DNA of 64,000 bases from Tubiluchus corallicola. Lineage: Eukaryota; Animalia; Priapulida. This document shows, one piece after another, positions 13,801 to 36,364 of the stretch (the first letter of the stretch is position 1; each line of letters starts with the position of its first letter). The position numbers and the translations under genes are program-made. The DNA lies in the NCBI GenBank assembly GCA_030141605.1, contig JAQGDQ010000069.1, forward strand, positions 191,126 through 255,125. The letters are read 5' to 3'. The notes beneath the pieces are model-generated. The model was not told where the DNA came from. It did not search any database and was given only the letters and a program-made list of their open reading frames with translations.

Positions 13801-16800
13801 TCAAATTGAAGTTTAATGAAACATTTGTTTTCAGAATTTAATAAGCAAATTTGCAAGAAGGGTTTTGAGAAAAAAGCTCATAAAAGCAGCATTTCTTAAG
13901 AGTTTTAGCACTACCAGAAATCAGTAAAATACAAGAAAAAATTGTCAGCAATCCTTAACTCTCAGCCCATACTAGCTCAGAGCGATTCTTTGAAAAATAA
14001 ATCTCTAGTGGTTTGAAGGGGGGAAACTGTGCAAGCTAACAATATCTTTACTGAAATCACTGCAATGAGTTCAAGGCTTCAAAGCACAGAATTATTATTG
14101 ATTACATCTACACTTGACACTATCATACAATATTAATTAATTTATTACATAATAAAAGATACAACGCAATGTAACACGAACACACATCTCTTCGATCGTT
14201 AAGCACAGACTTTATTAATTATTCAACCTGCATAAATTATGAAGATACTCACCCATTCTACTATTCGTATAAACCCACGAGGTTCTTTTAGCGGCCTCCA
14301 GCTCACACCCGTTACAACCTAAAAAAACAAAAAGAAAACTTTAAAACAACCAGCTATTGGCAGTACAGAAAGTTTAAATCAAAGGACTGCAACAAACATC
14401 ATAGGCATAGTTAGTCATTTCTATCCTTAGCTATAAAAGACATAATTCCACATCTTTCCAGGAATGACCTTAGAACTCACAACTGAAAAAGCAGTGATAG
14501 TTTATGAAAAAAAAGTGGTAATACAAAAATATTTTGCAAGAAAATGACAGCTCTAGTTTACATTATAAGGACAACAATTATGGACAAATTATTAGTGTAT
14601 CATAGACTGAAAGTAGAGTAGATTATATTATACTTTAAATAGAGGAAAACCAACTAAAAAGACATGCATGCAAGTTTCACGAAATGTAAGACCAAGTATG
14701 GATGTTTGTATGTCGTTACTTTGTATGTTGCAGCAGGTAAGGTAGTTATGAATGGAGTTTGGTGTTTTTCTTTTTTCTTCTTCCTCTTCATTTTTCTTCT
14801 CTTTCTCTTTCTTTCTTTTTTCCCTTTTTCTACATATTTTTTGCATTTTATATGCATTTTATTTAAGTGGGTAGTACAGTGAGTTTGTTTGACTGGAGTA
14901 TTGTAGGAATGGTGTCCAACTTTTGTTTTATTATCATTCTAGCGAAGTTGTACATCTGGAAGCGCCTAGCCAGGTTTAAGAAGAAACTGTAGCCTGTGTC
15001 CTGGTCAGTTTGCACCTGATCATTCAGATATCGTGCACATGCTCGCGGTCTGGAGAGGGTGTGCCATCTTAACAAGTCTGTGGTGTTTTGACCTAAATTT
15101 ATTTTAGAAACAAGTAAACTAGACTGCTCTCTATAGAGGGACAGGGCTGCCCAATGAGACCGACATTGTCACGGATTGCAATTTTTACTAAAAATTATAC
15201 TAAGCCTATAAAAAACACAAGTACCACGTATCACATACAGTACAGGATAATTGTGTATTTAAAGTTTTACGCATTAACACGATCATCATATTGTGCGAGT
15301 TTATATTAAAATGTGTTGCTAATTGTGTTTGTTATTTGAATCCGATACCTTGCTAATGAGCCATGATTCGCTCTGCTGTCACTGGTGTTTATTGCTTGCA
15401 ACCGAAAGTTCAGCATGTTGCCGAGCTACACGCGAATCTTCAGAAAATTGTAAAAATGTAATCAGAAAGGCATCATGATTAAAGCCTTGATGAGTTAAAT
15501 AATTTTTTTAAGTTTATGAAACCTTAATTTTAAGAATTCTCGGTAAACCGATACTGGGACAAATACTGTGATTCATGTTGTTCTAGATCATTATTATAAG
15601 ATTTCCAAAAAAATATACAGGTACATTCTAAAACTGAAAGAGTATAGACTAGTTACTCTAATGTAGATCAGTATCATTTTATACTAATTTTAATATAAAA
15701 AATTACATAAACTCAAATATGTGTTCATTCACCAGATGTGTTTGTTTTCATGGTGCTACCCCAGAGCTGAATAGGTGGACTTACAGGACTTATAGGAGTC
15801 AACCTCCACATTTAGCTACTTATTCCTTCCACCTGCATTCAAATGAAAACATTTTTGCAGGCTCAAACTGATTTGAAATTTGATAAATAAAAGACCCACC
15901 TACAAGGACAAACGCAAATTTTGAGTTCTCAATTTTCAAATACAGTCGACCCTCGTTAAACCGGACCCCGTTAGTCTGGATATCGGATAAGACGGACGTC
16001 ATCCGTGGTAAAGGAAACTGACCAATTTCCGACTGAGCCGGAGTGCTAAACACAACACGGCCTACCAATTCACCACGAGCTACTGACGGGCCGAAGTGGC
16101 TCGCGGTGCCGCCCAGGCTGCTACGATTCCCGCTAAAATTCAGTTTGCTTACCCCATCGAAAGCACTCACTAATTTCTTTATCTTCACTGGTTAACTATT
16201 TTAAAGTAATATACAGTATAGAATATAGTGCACAGTATATAGTGCAATGTATATAGGCCTTATTAAGGTGATTATTCCTGTGTAATATAGACTATACATA
16301 GGCATATCGGATAAATCAGACAATCGGCTAAACCGGACCCCCCCCAATTAGTCCGGTTTAACAAGGGTTGACTGTAGTGTGCTATACAGGAAGACAACTT
16401 AAAGATATCATTCCATGCACATGATGAGCCTCAAAACTTAGGAGCGACTATTGAATTTACTAGCAAGGAGCATTTTTGGCGCACTTGCCAGACTCTCTAT
16501 TAATGTGTCGTAGATAGACTGGAGTCCAAAAAACAGCACAAGCTTCCTTCATGCAATGAATATTTATAACCTGGGCAAAGCCATAATAACATCACCTTTT
16601 TGTCTGTAATACCATTACTTAAGAAGGTTTACATACAACAGGCTTATTATGTGGGTTACATCTGAGCAGTTTTTCTGACATACGAGAAGATCAGTGCAAC
16701 ATATTTAGACCTCACTGCAGGTATTTTAAAGACATTCACATACAGAAAAATGGAAAAATGCATCGGCAGGCACAACTTCACCTCACAGCAACCTACTGCA

Positions 16801-18772
16801 GTTCCATGGACAATCTATAATATTTAGCCAAAAAGCTGACTGCATATGTTGCTTCACAAGTCACTGCACTCCATTACGGCCATCACCAATGATGTGTTTA
16901 CCACAAGTGCATATTGTTTGCCATAAAGTTGTATGAATGTATTTCAATTTGCATTTATCAACATAGCAGGAGATTCACTGTGCCCTTTGTTAATGCATTT
17001 TTGGAAAATGTGATTTGAATCCAGTCGTACTTCAATTGATATATTGAGGTATTGATATATTGATTTCATGATTGGTTTATTTTCTAGGTAAATAGGTAAT
17101 AACATACAACATTTCTCAAAAATACATTAAAAGTAAAAGAAAAAAATACAGTACAAGATTAAAACAAAATTCATCACATTCAGAAGCACAAAATAAACCA
17201 GACAAGTAATTATAGATAAGTCTTTATCACAGTGAACTGATAGGTGAACTTGTCGAGATAACCTATTACAGTGTAAAAACTTATTTCAGATTGGGTTCCC
17301 AAAACAGGAGACCTTTGGCACACGAATATTTGTCTAACACATTTTTGAAACCATCAATCATTTGAAGTCTTTATTACGTAACTTTTTCCGGCACTATTAC
17401 ACTTTCGCACCTCCTAGTTTTTTCCGGCCTACTGTTTGTTTTCACGCCTGCAGGCCAGAAAGCAGACCAACAGGTGTAATATACACCATATTCCCATAAT
17501 ATTATTGGTTTTTAAGCCTTACAATTCCAGGTTAAAGTCATACATTACTTACCGTCACCAACACGCAAGAAGCTCCACGTTAATAACTGTGTTTACACCA
17601 CTAATGCGCAATCGCTCTTGCGCAGTGACGTATGTGGCCCTTAACCTGTATTTTTAGTTTCTTTGCATAATTTATGATTATTAAGGTTGCAGCCACGGGA
17701 GTTTGTATCGTATTACAGTGTTCCCTCGCTACTTCAAAAATATTTATGTGAAATATTTATCGCGGTATCTTCGCTGTTTCGATGGCATCAGAATAGTGGT
17801 AGTGATGACAATAACGATAAAAATAACACTGCAATAATGGTGGTGATAATGAGTATATATCATTAATTTTATTTATTACTGTAGTATTATTAGATTATAA
17901 AAGTAAAAGGTTTTTTCTTTATTTCGTAAATGCGGTTAAGATAAAAGTGTGTCACGTGCCTTTTAAGCTAGGCCCTGATAATGCATAAACTACTACGAAT
18001 TTTGTCACGTGACTACACACAAACATGATGGCGATACGAACTGTATAGTGTACAACTGTGAATAAATTACCGCGAGATTAGCGGAAACATTCACTGATGA
18101 CGTGAGAATAATAGTATAATGACCTACGAGCCCAGAAACTAGTAATAACCTAGAAAAAACTAGGAGGTGCGAAAGTGTAATAGCGCCCTTTTTCCTGTAG
18201 TCAATTCCATAGGTCCAATTCTATAGTAGAAAAACTGTGCTTATTTTGTTTGGTGTTCGAGCGAATAACAGCTGATGCAACCTTCTGGGTCCACCTTTAA
18301 GCCTTATATTGTGAATTACAACCACTTTAAAAAGCAAGCTCAAAACATAATATCATAGTTAAACTGGCAAGTAAGCCAATGTATATGTAAATGGACATAA
18401 TTATACCAATTCAATGGTACAGATTAGATTCTGTAAACCTCCATAAAAGCTCATTCATTGCATTAAAAATAAACACTATTTTCAAATTTTGCATCAACGT
18501 TAACTTACGACCTACTAAATTACTAATTCTAGTTATATAGTTATAGTAACTTATATTAAGTCATTTAAGTTATATAATGCCATGAAAATAATTAGATCTA
18601 GCGTAGTGTAGCATAAAACAGGTAAAGCAGCAGGCAGCATTACGTTGTACATGCTTCAGATTAAACACTAAACAACTTTATAAATCCTAGTCTAGAATCA
18701 AATACTTGCATTATTTGTTAAAATTAAAAAATAAATGCAAGGGAGTACCTGAGACAATTTTGCAGTATCCAT
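7839..18772 (-). CDS. SYP: Synaptophysin/synaptoporin (MARVEL tetraspan vesicle protein), about 275 aa, 6 coding exons
   Basis: Phase-compatible GT-AG exons: 18772-18749 (MDTAKLSQ), 14318-14253 (VVTGVSWRPLKEPRGFIRIVEW), 13466-13351 (ILAIFAFAT...YSYPFR), 11820-11619 (SSQFFVAIGVLAFLY), 10379-10191 (WLISAAAWAKALSDLK...NYASLNVSV), 8069-7839 (FGFLNWLVWTSNIWFLYKE plus a Gly/Pro/Tyr tail). Total 828 nt. The first micro-exon is the least certain. Confidence 0.93.
8680..9415. mobile_element. Degenerate hAT-like non-autonomous element with CCGAA/ACCGAA subterminal repeats
   Basis: Imperfect termini (agggtgcatcg ... gggtgtatccta), many (a)ccgaa(c) units on the left and ttcgg units on the right, similar flanks gtgcttaa/atgcttac. 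Lies in the last synaptophysin intron. Ends are approximate. Confidence 0.45.
12250..13221. mobile_element. Degenerate pogo/Tigger-like MITE
   Basis: Left agtcctcgcttaacg and right cggctaagcaattactgactgta are an eroded inverted pair ending in CTG-TA. The left end is eroded. Confidence 0.4.
15943..16374. mobile_element. Tc1/mariner (pogo-type) MITE, 432 bp
   Basis: TIRs cagtcgaccctcgttaaaccggac and gtccggtttaacaagggttgactg (2 mismatches in 24), flanked by TA on both sides, with internal repeats of the TIR core (taaaccggac, tcggataa). Confidence 0.88.
17390..18187. mobile_element. Merlin-like non-autonomous DNA transposon, 798 bp
   Basis: About 35-bp TIRs ggcactattacactttcgcacctcctagttttttc and gaaaaaactaggaggtgcgaaagtgtaatagcgcc (1 mismatch), with a perfect 8-bp TSD ctttttcc at 17382-17389 and 18188-18195. 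GG-initiated TIRs with an 8-bp TSD match the Merlin/IS1016 superfamily. Confidence 0.85.
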
Positions 18773-20240
18773 GTTTATCGGCAAGAACACTATGTAAGAT
18801 TAAATGTGATTGGCCAACTCCTCCAGTAAAATCCATACACAGGAAAAGTCAATTCACTGTGGCTTTATTGCTAAGCCCTTCTCAGTGAACAGTGCTTAAA
18901 CAATAACCGTTGTTGAGTGGAAGAGGAAGGGGAGAGAGAGAGAGAGAGCAAGTAAAGTGAGCAGCAACAAAATCAAGTTGAACACAAAAGCTAATAGCTG
19001 ACACACCAAATAGGTAAAATTAATTATAACAATCCACCAAATGCTGTTTGCTTTGCCCCAACATGCAGATTTGCTACAAAACTATATCAGAAAAAAATCG
19101 ACAATCAACTTAGAAGTATGTATTAGTTAGTGTCTCAGTTTTATGATTCTGTGTATAGACATGATAATATTATCCACATAAGACTTATGTGAGATGGCTC
19201 CGTTTGAGTCTAGTTTTAAATTATTTTTTTTAAATAGAGCTGCATAATTAATTTGAGTGCTTGTTTCAATGTACTGTTTTAAATTATCGTTTCAAGTGGC
19301 ATTAAATATAATAGTGCCTGACCGGTGTATAAGAAAACAAGATATTTATAGCGTGTCACAAGACATGTGATAAAAAAATACATAAACACAAATATTTTCA
19401 GGAGGAAGTAGAAATAATAAGCTGGAATTAGAATGAGCTAGCATCTGATAAAACAACAAATATGGGACATTCTGCTTTTTTAAAACTGATATTGTATACT
19501 AAGTACTTTATGAAATTAACTCCTAATTAGACAATTTTTATTCTCTCACTTTGTAACATAAATTGTAGAAATCTTACTAACATAATAATTGATAAATATC
19601 ATTATAATTTTGGATACTGTATTAGCACACCACAAATAATTAACAACAAACTGAGAAATGTACTATGCTTTCAGGAAAGCTTGCCAGTCAGCAGGACTTG
19701 TCAATACTCTTTAACCAAATATAGTAGTTATAATATTTGATCACTTATTTATTTGCTTACATCAATAGAAATTTTTATTAGCATTTCTCTAGTATTGTGC
19801 CAAAATAATTATTCTGCAGACCATGAGAAATAAAACAATAAGATAAAAACTCAATACTTAATGTAAAATAGGGCAATTACATTATGCTGACACTTGATAG
19901 ACATACGAGTTTTGCATACACATAGTGTGATAGCTATAGAGGAGGAATATATGTATCGTATAGACGTATACATCGTTTGTGTTATATTAAAACAAAATTC
20001 TCACCCTACGTAAGTGAACACTGGTGCGTGGTACATCTATTAGAATTATAATAATAAATTACAATAATAACTCTAAATTATAATAATCTGTTGAGGAAAT
20101 TACAAATGTTAGTACAGCTAAATTTCACAAAAGACTGGTTGTCAAGTAATATATTACAATATGTAATAAATAGCATTATCAATAAAGCATCACATTACAT
20201 TGTATATTGCTATTTTATATGTTCTTGTATAAGATAATTA

Positions 20241-21710
20241 TTATGGTGCAGTAGAAACAAGGCCAGCTGGTCCCTTGCCAATACTTTGTCCTGGAACGAC
20301 TTTAGGTTTAAAAGCAACTTCACTTGGTGGGATACCAAAACCTTGCAGCTTAGCTTCGTAAGCTTTCAGTATGTCATTGTGAGCCTTACAAACCCTAGCA
20401 ACCTCATACTGCAAATCCCTGATAGTTGTATTTTTGGCATCAAGTACGTCTTCTAATCGTTTTGTAACTATACTCAGTGCTTGAGGATCCAGGTTAGATG
20501 CTGCCAGAACCTCATTCAACTGGGCTTCATTTTTCTCTAAGCTTTCAGTGAGAGTTGCAAGCTTCTTTTCTAACACTAAGTTCTTCAGACTGCACTTTTG
20601 TTGTACTTCATTAACAGCAGATATAAACTTCTGACGAAGGTCATTCCTCTCTTCGCTTAGCTTGCTAAATCTTTGTTCTAAAACTTCATGCTCCCATTGC
20701 AAATTTTTGAATTCTTCAGTGGTAGTTTTCAGCCTTGCTTTATAACTTGCTAATGAGACTTTATCTTTGTCATAGTTACCCAACTGCCTTGTCAGCTCTT
20801 GCACTTGAGATTGCGATTGTGCCAACGGCTCTTTTAAACGTTTATTTTCTAGATTTGTGTCAGCGACTTGCTTCTCCATTCTTTCTTCACGTCGTTTCAG
20901 GTCTTCAACTGTTTCTTTAAGCGTGTTGATCAAGGCTAGATTATTCAAAGTTATGTCATTATAATAATTCTTTATGTCACCAAAAGCTTTTTCATGGTTC
21001 TTCATTAGTGTGCTAATTTGGCTATTCTTGCGTTCTTCTATTTCGTGGATTTCAGTTCTTCGTCTTAATTCCAGTTCATCACGCAGATCTCTCATTTTTT
21101 TCTCGTACTTTACTTCAATATCATGAACTTGGGTCTCAACTTGTTTACGAAGATCAGTCACAGATGAGTCGTGCTTTAGCTTTAGGGTTTTCATGATATC
21201 TGCCTGTGAAAGTTCTTGTTCCTTGAGACTATGTTTGAGATCTCGTTTTTCATTTAGCAATTCTGTTTCATTTAATCGATGTTCATCCTCTGCTAGTTTA
21301 AGTTTAATGGCTTCTTCAGCTCTTAATTCACTGACACTATTTTGGTGTTCAAATAATAAGTGCTTGATCTTCTGTTTATAAACTTTAATTTCAACCTGGT
21401 GATGCTCTTCTGCATCCTCCATTTCTCGATCTTTGCAGCGCAGATCTGCATTTTTTTCTTCTAATTGCCGTTTTGTTATTTCCCAAAATGTGTTGATTTT
21501 ATCACGTTCCAACTGAAAGAAGTTTCGTTCTTCGCGTTCTCTGTCTAGTTCCTCACACAGTCGATGAATGTGGGCTTCTAATTCTTCTTTAGTCATCTCA
21601 GTTGTTGCAACACCATCTATAATGGCAGTGCCACCTGCCCCACGACTTCCTACCTTGCCAGCTTTCTTCTTACCACCACCTCCACCACCCTTTTTCTTTT
21701 TCGGGGGCAT
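20241..21710 (-). CDS. GAS8: GAS8 / dynein regulatory complex subunit 4 (DRC4), 489 aa, single coding exon
   Basis: Uninterrupted ORF from [10 protein letters not shown] with the GAS8 motifs [65 protein letters not shown] and VCKAHND. The likely start is the ATG at 21710, not the upstream start in the ORF track. Confidence 0.96.
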   Translation of the reverse strand: MPPKKKKGGGGGGKKKAGKVGSRGAGGTAIIDGVATTEMTKEELEAHIHRLCEELDREREERNFFQLERDKINTFWEITKRQLEEKNADLRCKDREMEDAEEHHQVEIKVYKQKIKHLLFEHQNSVSELRAEEAIKLKLAEDEHRLNETELLNEKRDLKHSLKEQELSQADIMKTLKLKHDSSVTDLRKQVETQVHDIEVKYEKKMRDLRDELELRRRTEIHEIEERKNSQISTLMKNHEKAFGDIKNYYNDITLNNLALINTLKETVEDLKRREERMEKQVADTNLENKRLKEPLAQSQSQVQELTRQLGNYDKDKVSLASYKARLKTTTEEFKNLQWEHEVLEQRFSKLSEERNDLRQKFISAVNEVQQKCSLKNLVLEKKLATLTESLEKNEAQLNEVLAASNLDPQALSIVTKRLEDVLDAKNTTIRDLQYEVARVCKAHNDILKAYEAKLQGFGIPPSEVAFKPKVVPGQSIGKGPAGLVSTAP

Positions 21711-21719
21711 ATTTTTCAA

Positions 21720-22119
21720 GTCTGAGAGTAGCTCTAAGTTATATCTATTTTTCTTCTTCTTTAATTGATTATTGGGTGCAGCGATAAGAGCCCATAAATT
21801 AAACCAATAACTCAAAATGCGAAACAATATAAGCTAAAAAATTCACTGCATACAAAGAAAGCCAACAATTTGCAGCAAACAAGTTATGTTTACACGATAT
21901 CACAGACGTAAGCGTCCCTAGTTTCAATGACGTAAGTGATAATTGATCGTAAGAGAAGTTGTTGTGGGCGCATCTTCTAATAAAAAATGAAAGTATAAAA
22001 ATTAATATTTTCATTTACAATTTTCGTTGGTAAGAAGTGTTAGTTTATAGCACATTTATTAGCAAAATGGTAATAATGACGATTTGAGTAGAGAATTTAA
22101 TGAAATTGATGTGGTAAGT
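21720..22119. promoter_or_regulatory. Probable bidirectional promoter between GAS8 and a non-coding first exon of PSMA5
   Basis: The PSMA5 ATG exon has a splice acceptor (ttttcag, 24752) upstream of the ATG, implying an upstream non-coding exon. Strong + strand donors lie at 22030 (gtaaga) and 22114 (gtaagt), and CRE-like gacgtaag occurs twice near 21905 and 21928. The promoter assignment is inference. Confidence 0.4.
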
Positions 22120-24794
22120 CCTCAAAAGAAAACAACTTGAATGTAACTTTTTCAGTTTTTTTTCCAGATAGAGAAAAACCATATTGGTTTAAGCCTGCGG
22201 TGGACCGGGCAAAATTGTCAAGTCATATCTGAAGTCACGTTGTATGGCAGTTTACTGATTTGAATGAATGTAATTACCTGAAATTTGTGTTATTTTATTT
22301 TTGTTGTGGTTGTGTAATTAGTGAATGTGACGTCGGCGACTTAATTCGGGCCGTTAAAGATAGTAATTAGTCAGCTTAACTTAAGTGAGTTAAAAGTAAT
22401 ACAAACACTAGATAGTACGAAACTAAAAGTAAAATATCTGCACAATACACAATGGACAGGTAAAACGTCTATTCAGCAGGGTAGCCAATAAATAATAACA
22501 GACCTACTGCATATGAGGTTGAACATGACAGAAGTCAGATAAGTAATTATAGTAATAAGTATCCAGTACGAGGATATTATTATTATTAATTAATATTATG
22601 CCCGTTGTGCAAAAGAGAAAATGACACTACTGAACACTTATTTGAATATGAGGTGAACAAGTGAGGTTTATCTGATGAGTGTCAGCAGGCAATATGTGTA
22701 GTAACTATAAAAACTTCAAAGTGTGGCTAAATAATTATGTTGAAATAAGTGCGATGAAATGCAAACAAAGTGGTGAAGAGTTGAATTAAAAATGAAGTTG
22801 TCAATTCAGAAAGAAGAAACATGAAAGCACAATGTCAAAATACAGTAAAATTTGATCTCACAAATTAAAAACAGTTTGTTCATCTATTGATGAAGTGGAT
22901 CTAGTGGGATCACAGGAATACAGCTTAGGTGGAATAGTGTGAGAAGATTGGTGTTAAGGCTTTTGAATTATAGCTTAGATCGGATGGTGAAAGGGGGAGA
23001 GACTGACTTGATAGGTGACGATTGCATTCATCTTATCAATAGCAAGGGAGGTTTGTATTCCTCTGTGGTCTCAACATTGCTGGTAAAATAAAACACTAAT
23101 ATTTGAAAAGTAATACGTGTGGGATGCTCACGCTTGTGATATATTGAGCCACAGCAGAAGGAGAGGTGGTACACAGTGTCGCAGGATATTGGGATGTCAA
23201 GGTAGAGCAAACGTCTTGCGTAGTGCACATTTATCATTCAAGAATTTTTGGGTAGTAATTCTAAATCAGATTTCTCCTTATACATCACTAAACCGATATA
23301 TAATCAAAAAGTACCGTTACAACATACTACCTACCAATGGGTGCAGGCGTATTTGTTTAGAGGTGTATTCGTCACTGTTCGATGCTGATAGATAGATAAA
23401 CCAAGTACACAACGTTAATTTCAATCAATTATTATTCATAAATTAGTCATCATTAGTTGACCAACAAACTGGTAAATTTGGTGAAACATTTCACACTTGA
23501 TGGGTAACACTGTAGGTAGCATTTAGGTATTAAGGTAATAGGTGTCGCAATTACTAAAATATATCACGTTTACCTATCTCCATGGTCAAGCTTGTAAATT
23601 GTGGCCTAGCATGCTGATGTATCATTTGAGATTACCAGCTGCATCGATTTAAAATCTCTTCCATCACTAGAAAAGCATAGATTTAAATCCTTGTATTCAG
23701 CTAGCACGGCGGCTTTACATCAGTTATTATAGCCTTAATAGGTATTAGGTAATCAGTTAATTTGTCAATTTTGGCTGTTAGCAGCTCTGCCACTGCTCTT
23801 CCTACATTGATAACTAGCATTTATTACATATATGACTTTACACCACAAAACATTACAAACTTACAACGAGCGATGATGATAAGTTAGATTGAAAAATCGC
23901 TGTTAGCCTGCAATATGCAATTTACAGCCCAAAAACTGAAAATACATCAAAATAACCAAAAATACAAAAGGAATAATTAGCCACATATATCGTACCAAAA
24001 ACATGCTAACAAATATAAACTAGCTATCTGACATCAGACTGATAAACAACAGACAAGCAACTGACAATGAACCTCAAAAATCCGGAGCTTAATTAAAAAA
24101 CTGGTGATACCCAAACAAGTTTGCAACAAATTAGTACAGCCAGATGAAATCAGTGAACCATCAATGAGAAAAAAACCACAAGGCCCTAGCAAATCTGACA
24201 AAAGTGAGTATCAGTACGACCTAAGATCTAATCAAAAAATTGATAATCACTCGAAGCCAATGAACACAACTAGTTAAAACAAAGAGAAACAGTCACTTGT
24301 CTATGTGTTATGTGACCCATTTGGTTGCTCAAGGGAAAGCATAGAAATGTTGGAATCTGTGGTGTATAGCAAGTGATAGACACTCATGAGGTCACAGTGA
24401 ATTTTAAAAAAAAAATTAACCGCAGTTTAAAATATTTCACCCTTGATACATCTCTTCAATGGCTCGTACTAGTAACCATGCCCTTTAAGACTAGGTCTAA
24501 TAAGTATTTTTGAACTTTCAGTTTTACTCAAAATTAGTAGCATCCATCTCAGCTCTACTGGACAGTCTAGGCCCTAGTCAGCTCTATCAGATTTTTAGCA
24601 TATATTTTAAATTGATTCAGTTTAAAATAGATTAAGGGGTAATTAGATAGGTGTTATTACAATTTAAAATAGATTAGCTAGCAGTTATGTAGGTGATATT
24701 ACAATTGTTTTGTTTTACTCGTCACAAAATAGTGATTAATATTATTTTTCAGCTTCACACAGACTTGTACTTAAAGATAGAAATCGATACATAA

Positions 24795-35912
<11,118 letters not shown>

Positions 35913-36364
35913 AACAACATTATTTCACTGTTTCCTTACGAAAATTGTTTGTACATAAATGTTTATCTATGGTATCATTTGTGAACTTAACTATGTGTTG
36001 CTAAGTGTGTCTTGCTCTTAAATTCGAAAGTGGAAATTTGTTATTCCATTGCTGCTGTTGTGAAATGTTTGTATGTTTCGAGTAATAAACGCAGTGACAA
36101 CAGTACCAATAGCGCATAATGTATTTATGTTACGAGACAAATGCTTGTCCTCGATCTACATTTGAAAGGGAAAACTCCGAGAAATACAGTGCATGGCGTG
36201 TTTGTTTTTCTTTGTTCATTGTTTTAGATTAGGATTTGTTTGGTTTCTGAGCTTGTTTGTTTGCATAGGTTCTTGGTAGTTGTAAACAGAAATGCCAGTA
36301 AGCACATTAAGGTAGATTGTAAAATATGATTTCCATCATCTCAATTTGCTGCTACAAATTTCCG

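Noticed and set aside
15820-16188. 122-aa minus-strand ORF
   Set aside because: It lies mostly within the pogo-type MITE, crosses its boundary and shows no transposase motifs.
14319-21710. Idea that GAS8 is nested inside synaptophysin intron 1
   Set aside because: A suitable first coding exon (MDTAKLSQ|gt, 18772-18749) lies downstream of GAS8, so nesting is not required.
21711-21827. 39-aa N-terminal extension of GAS8 in the ORF track
   Set aside because: It begins at a non-ATG codon, and GAS8 orthologs begin at the MxPKKK motif.
22500-24300. Possible Penelope hammerhead (ctgatgag at about 22672) and Gypsy-like tail (YQYDLRS at about 24208)
   Set aside because: No properly spaced GAAA core or pairing stems for a hammerhead, and the peptide similarity is too short to support a call.
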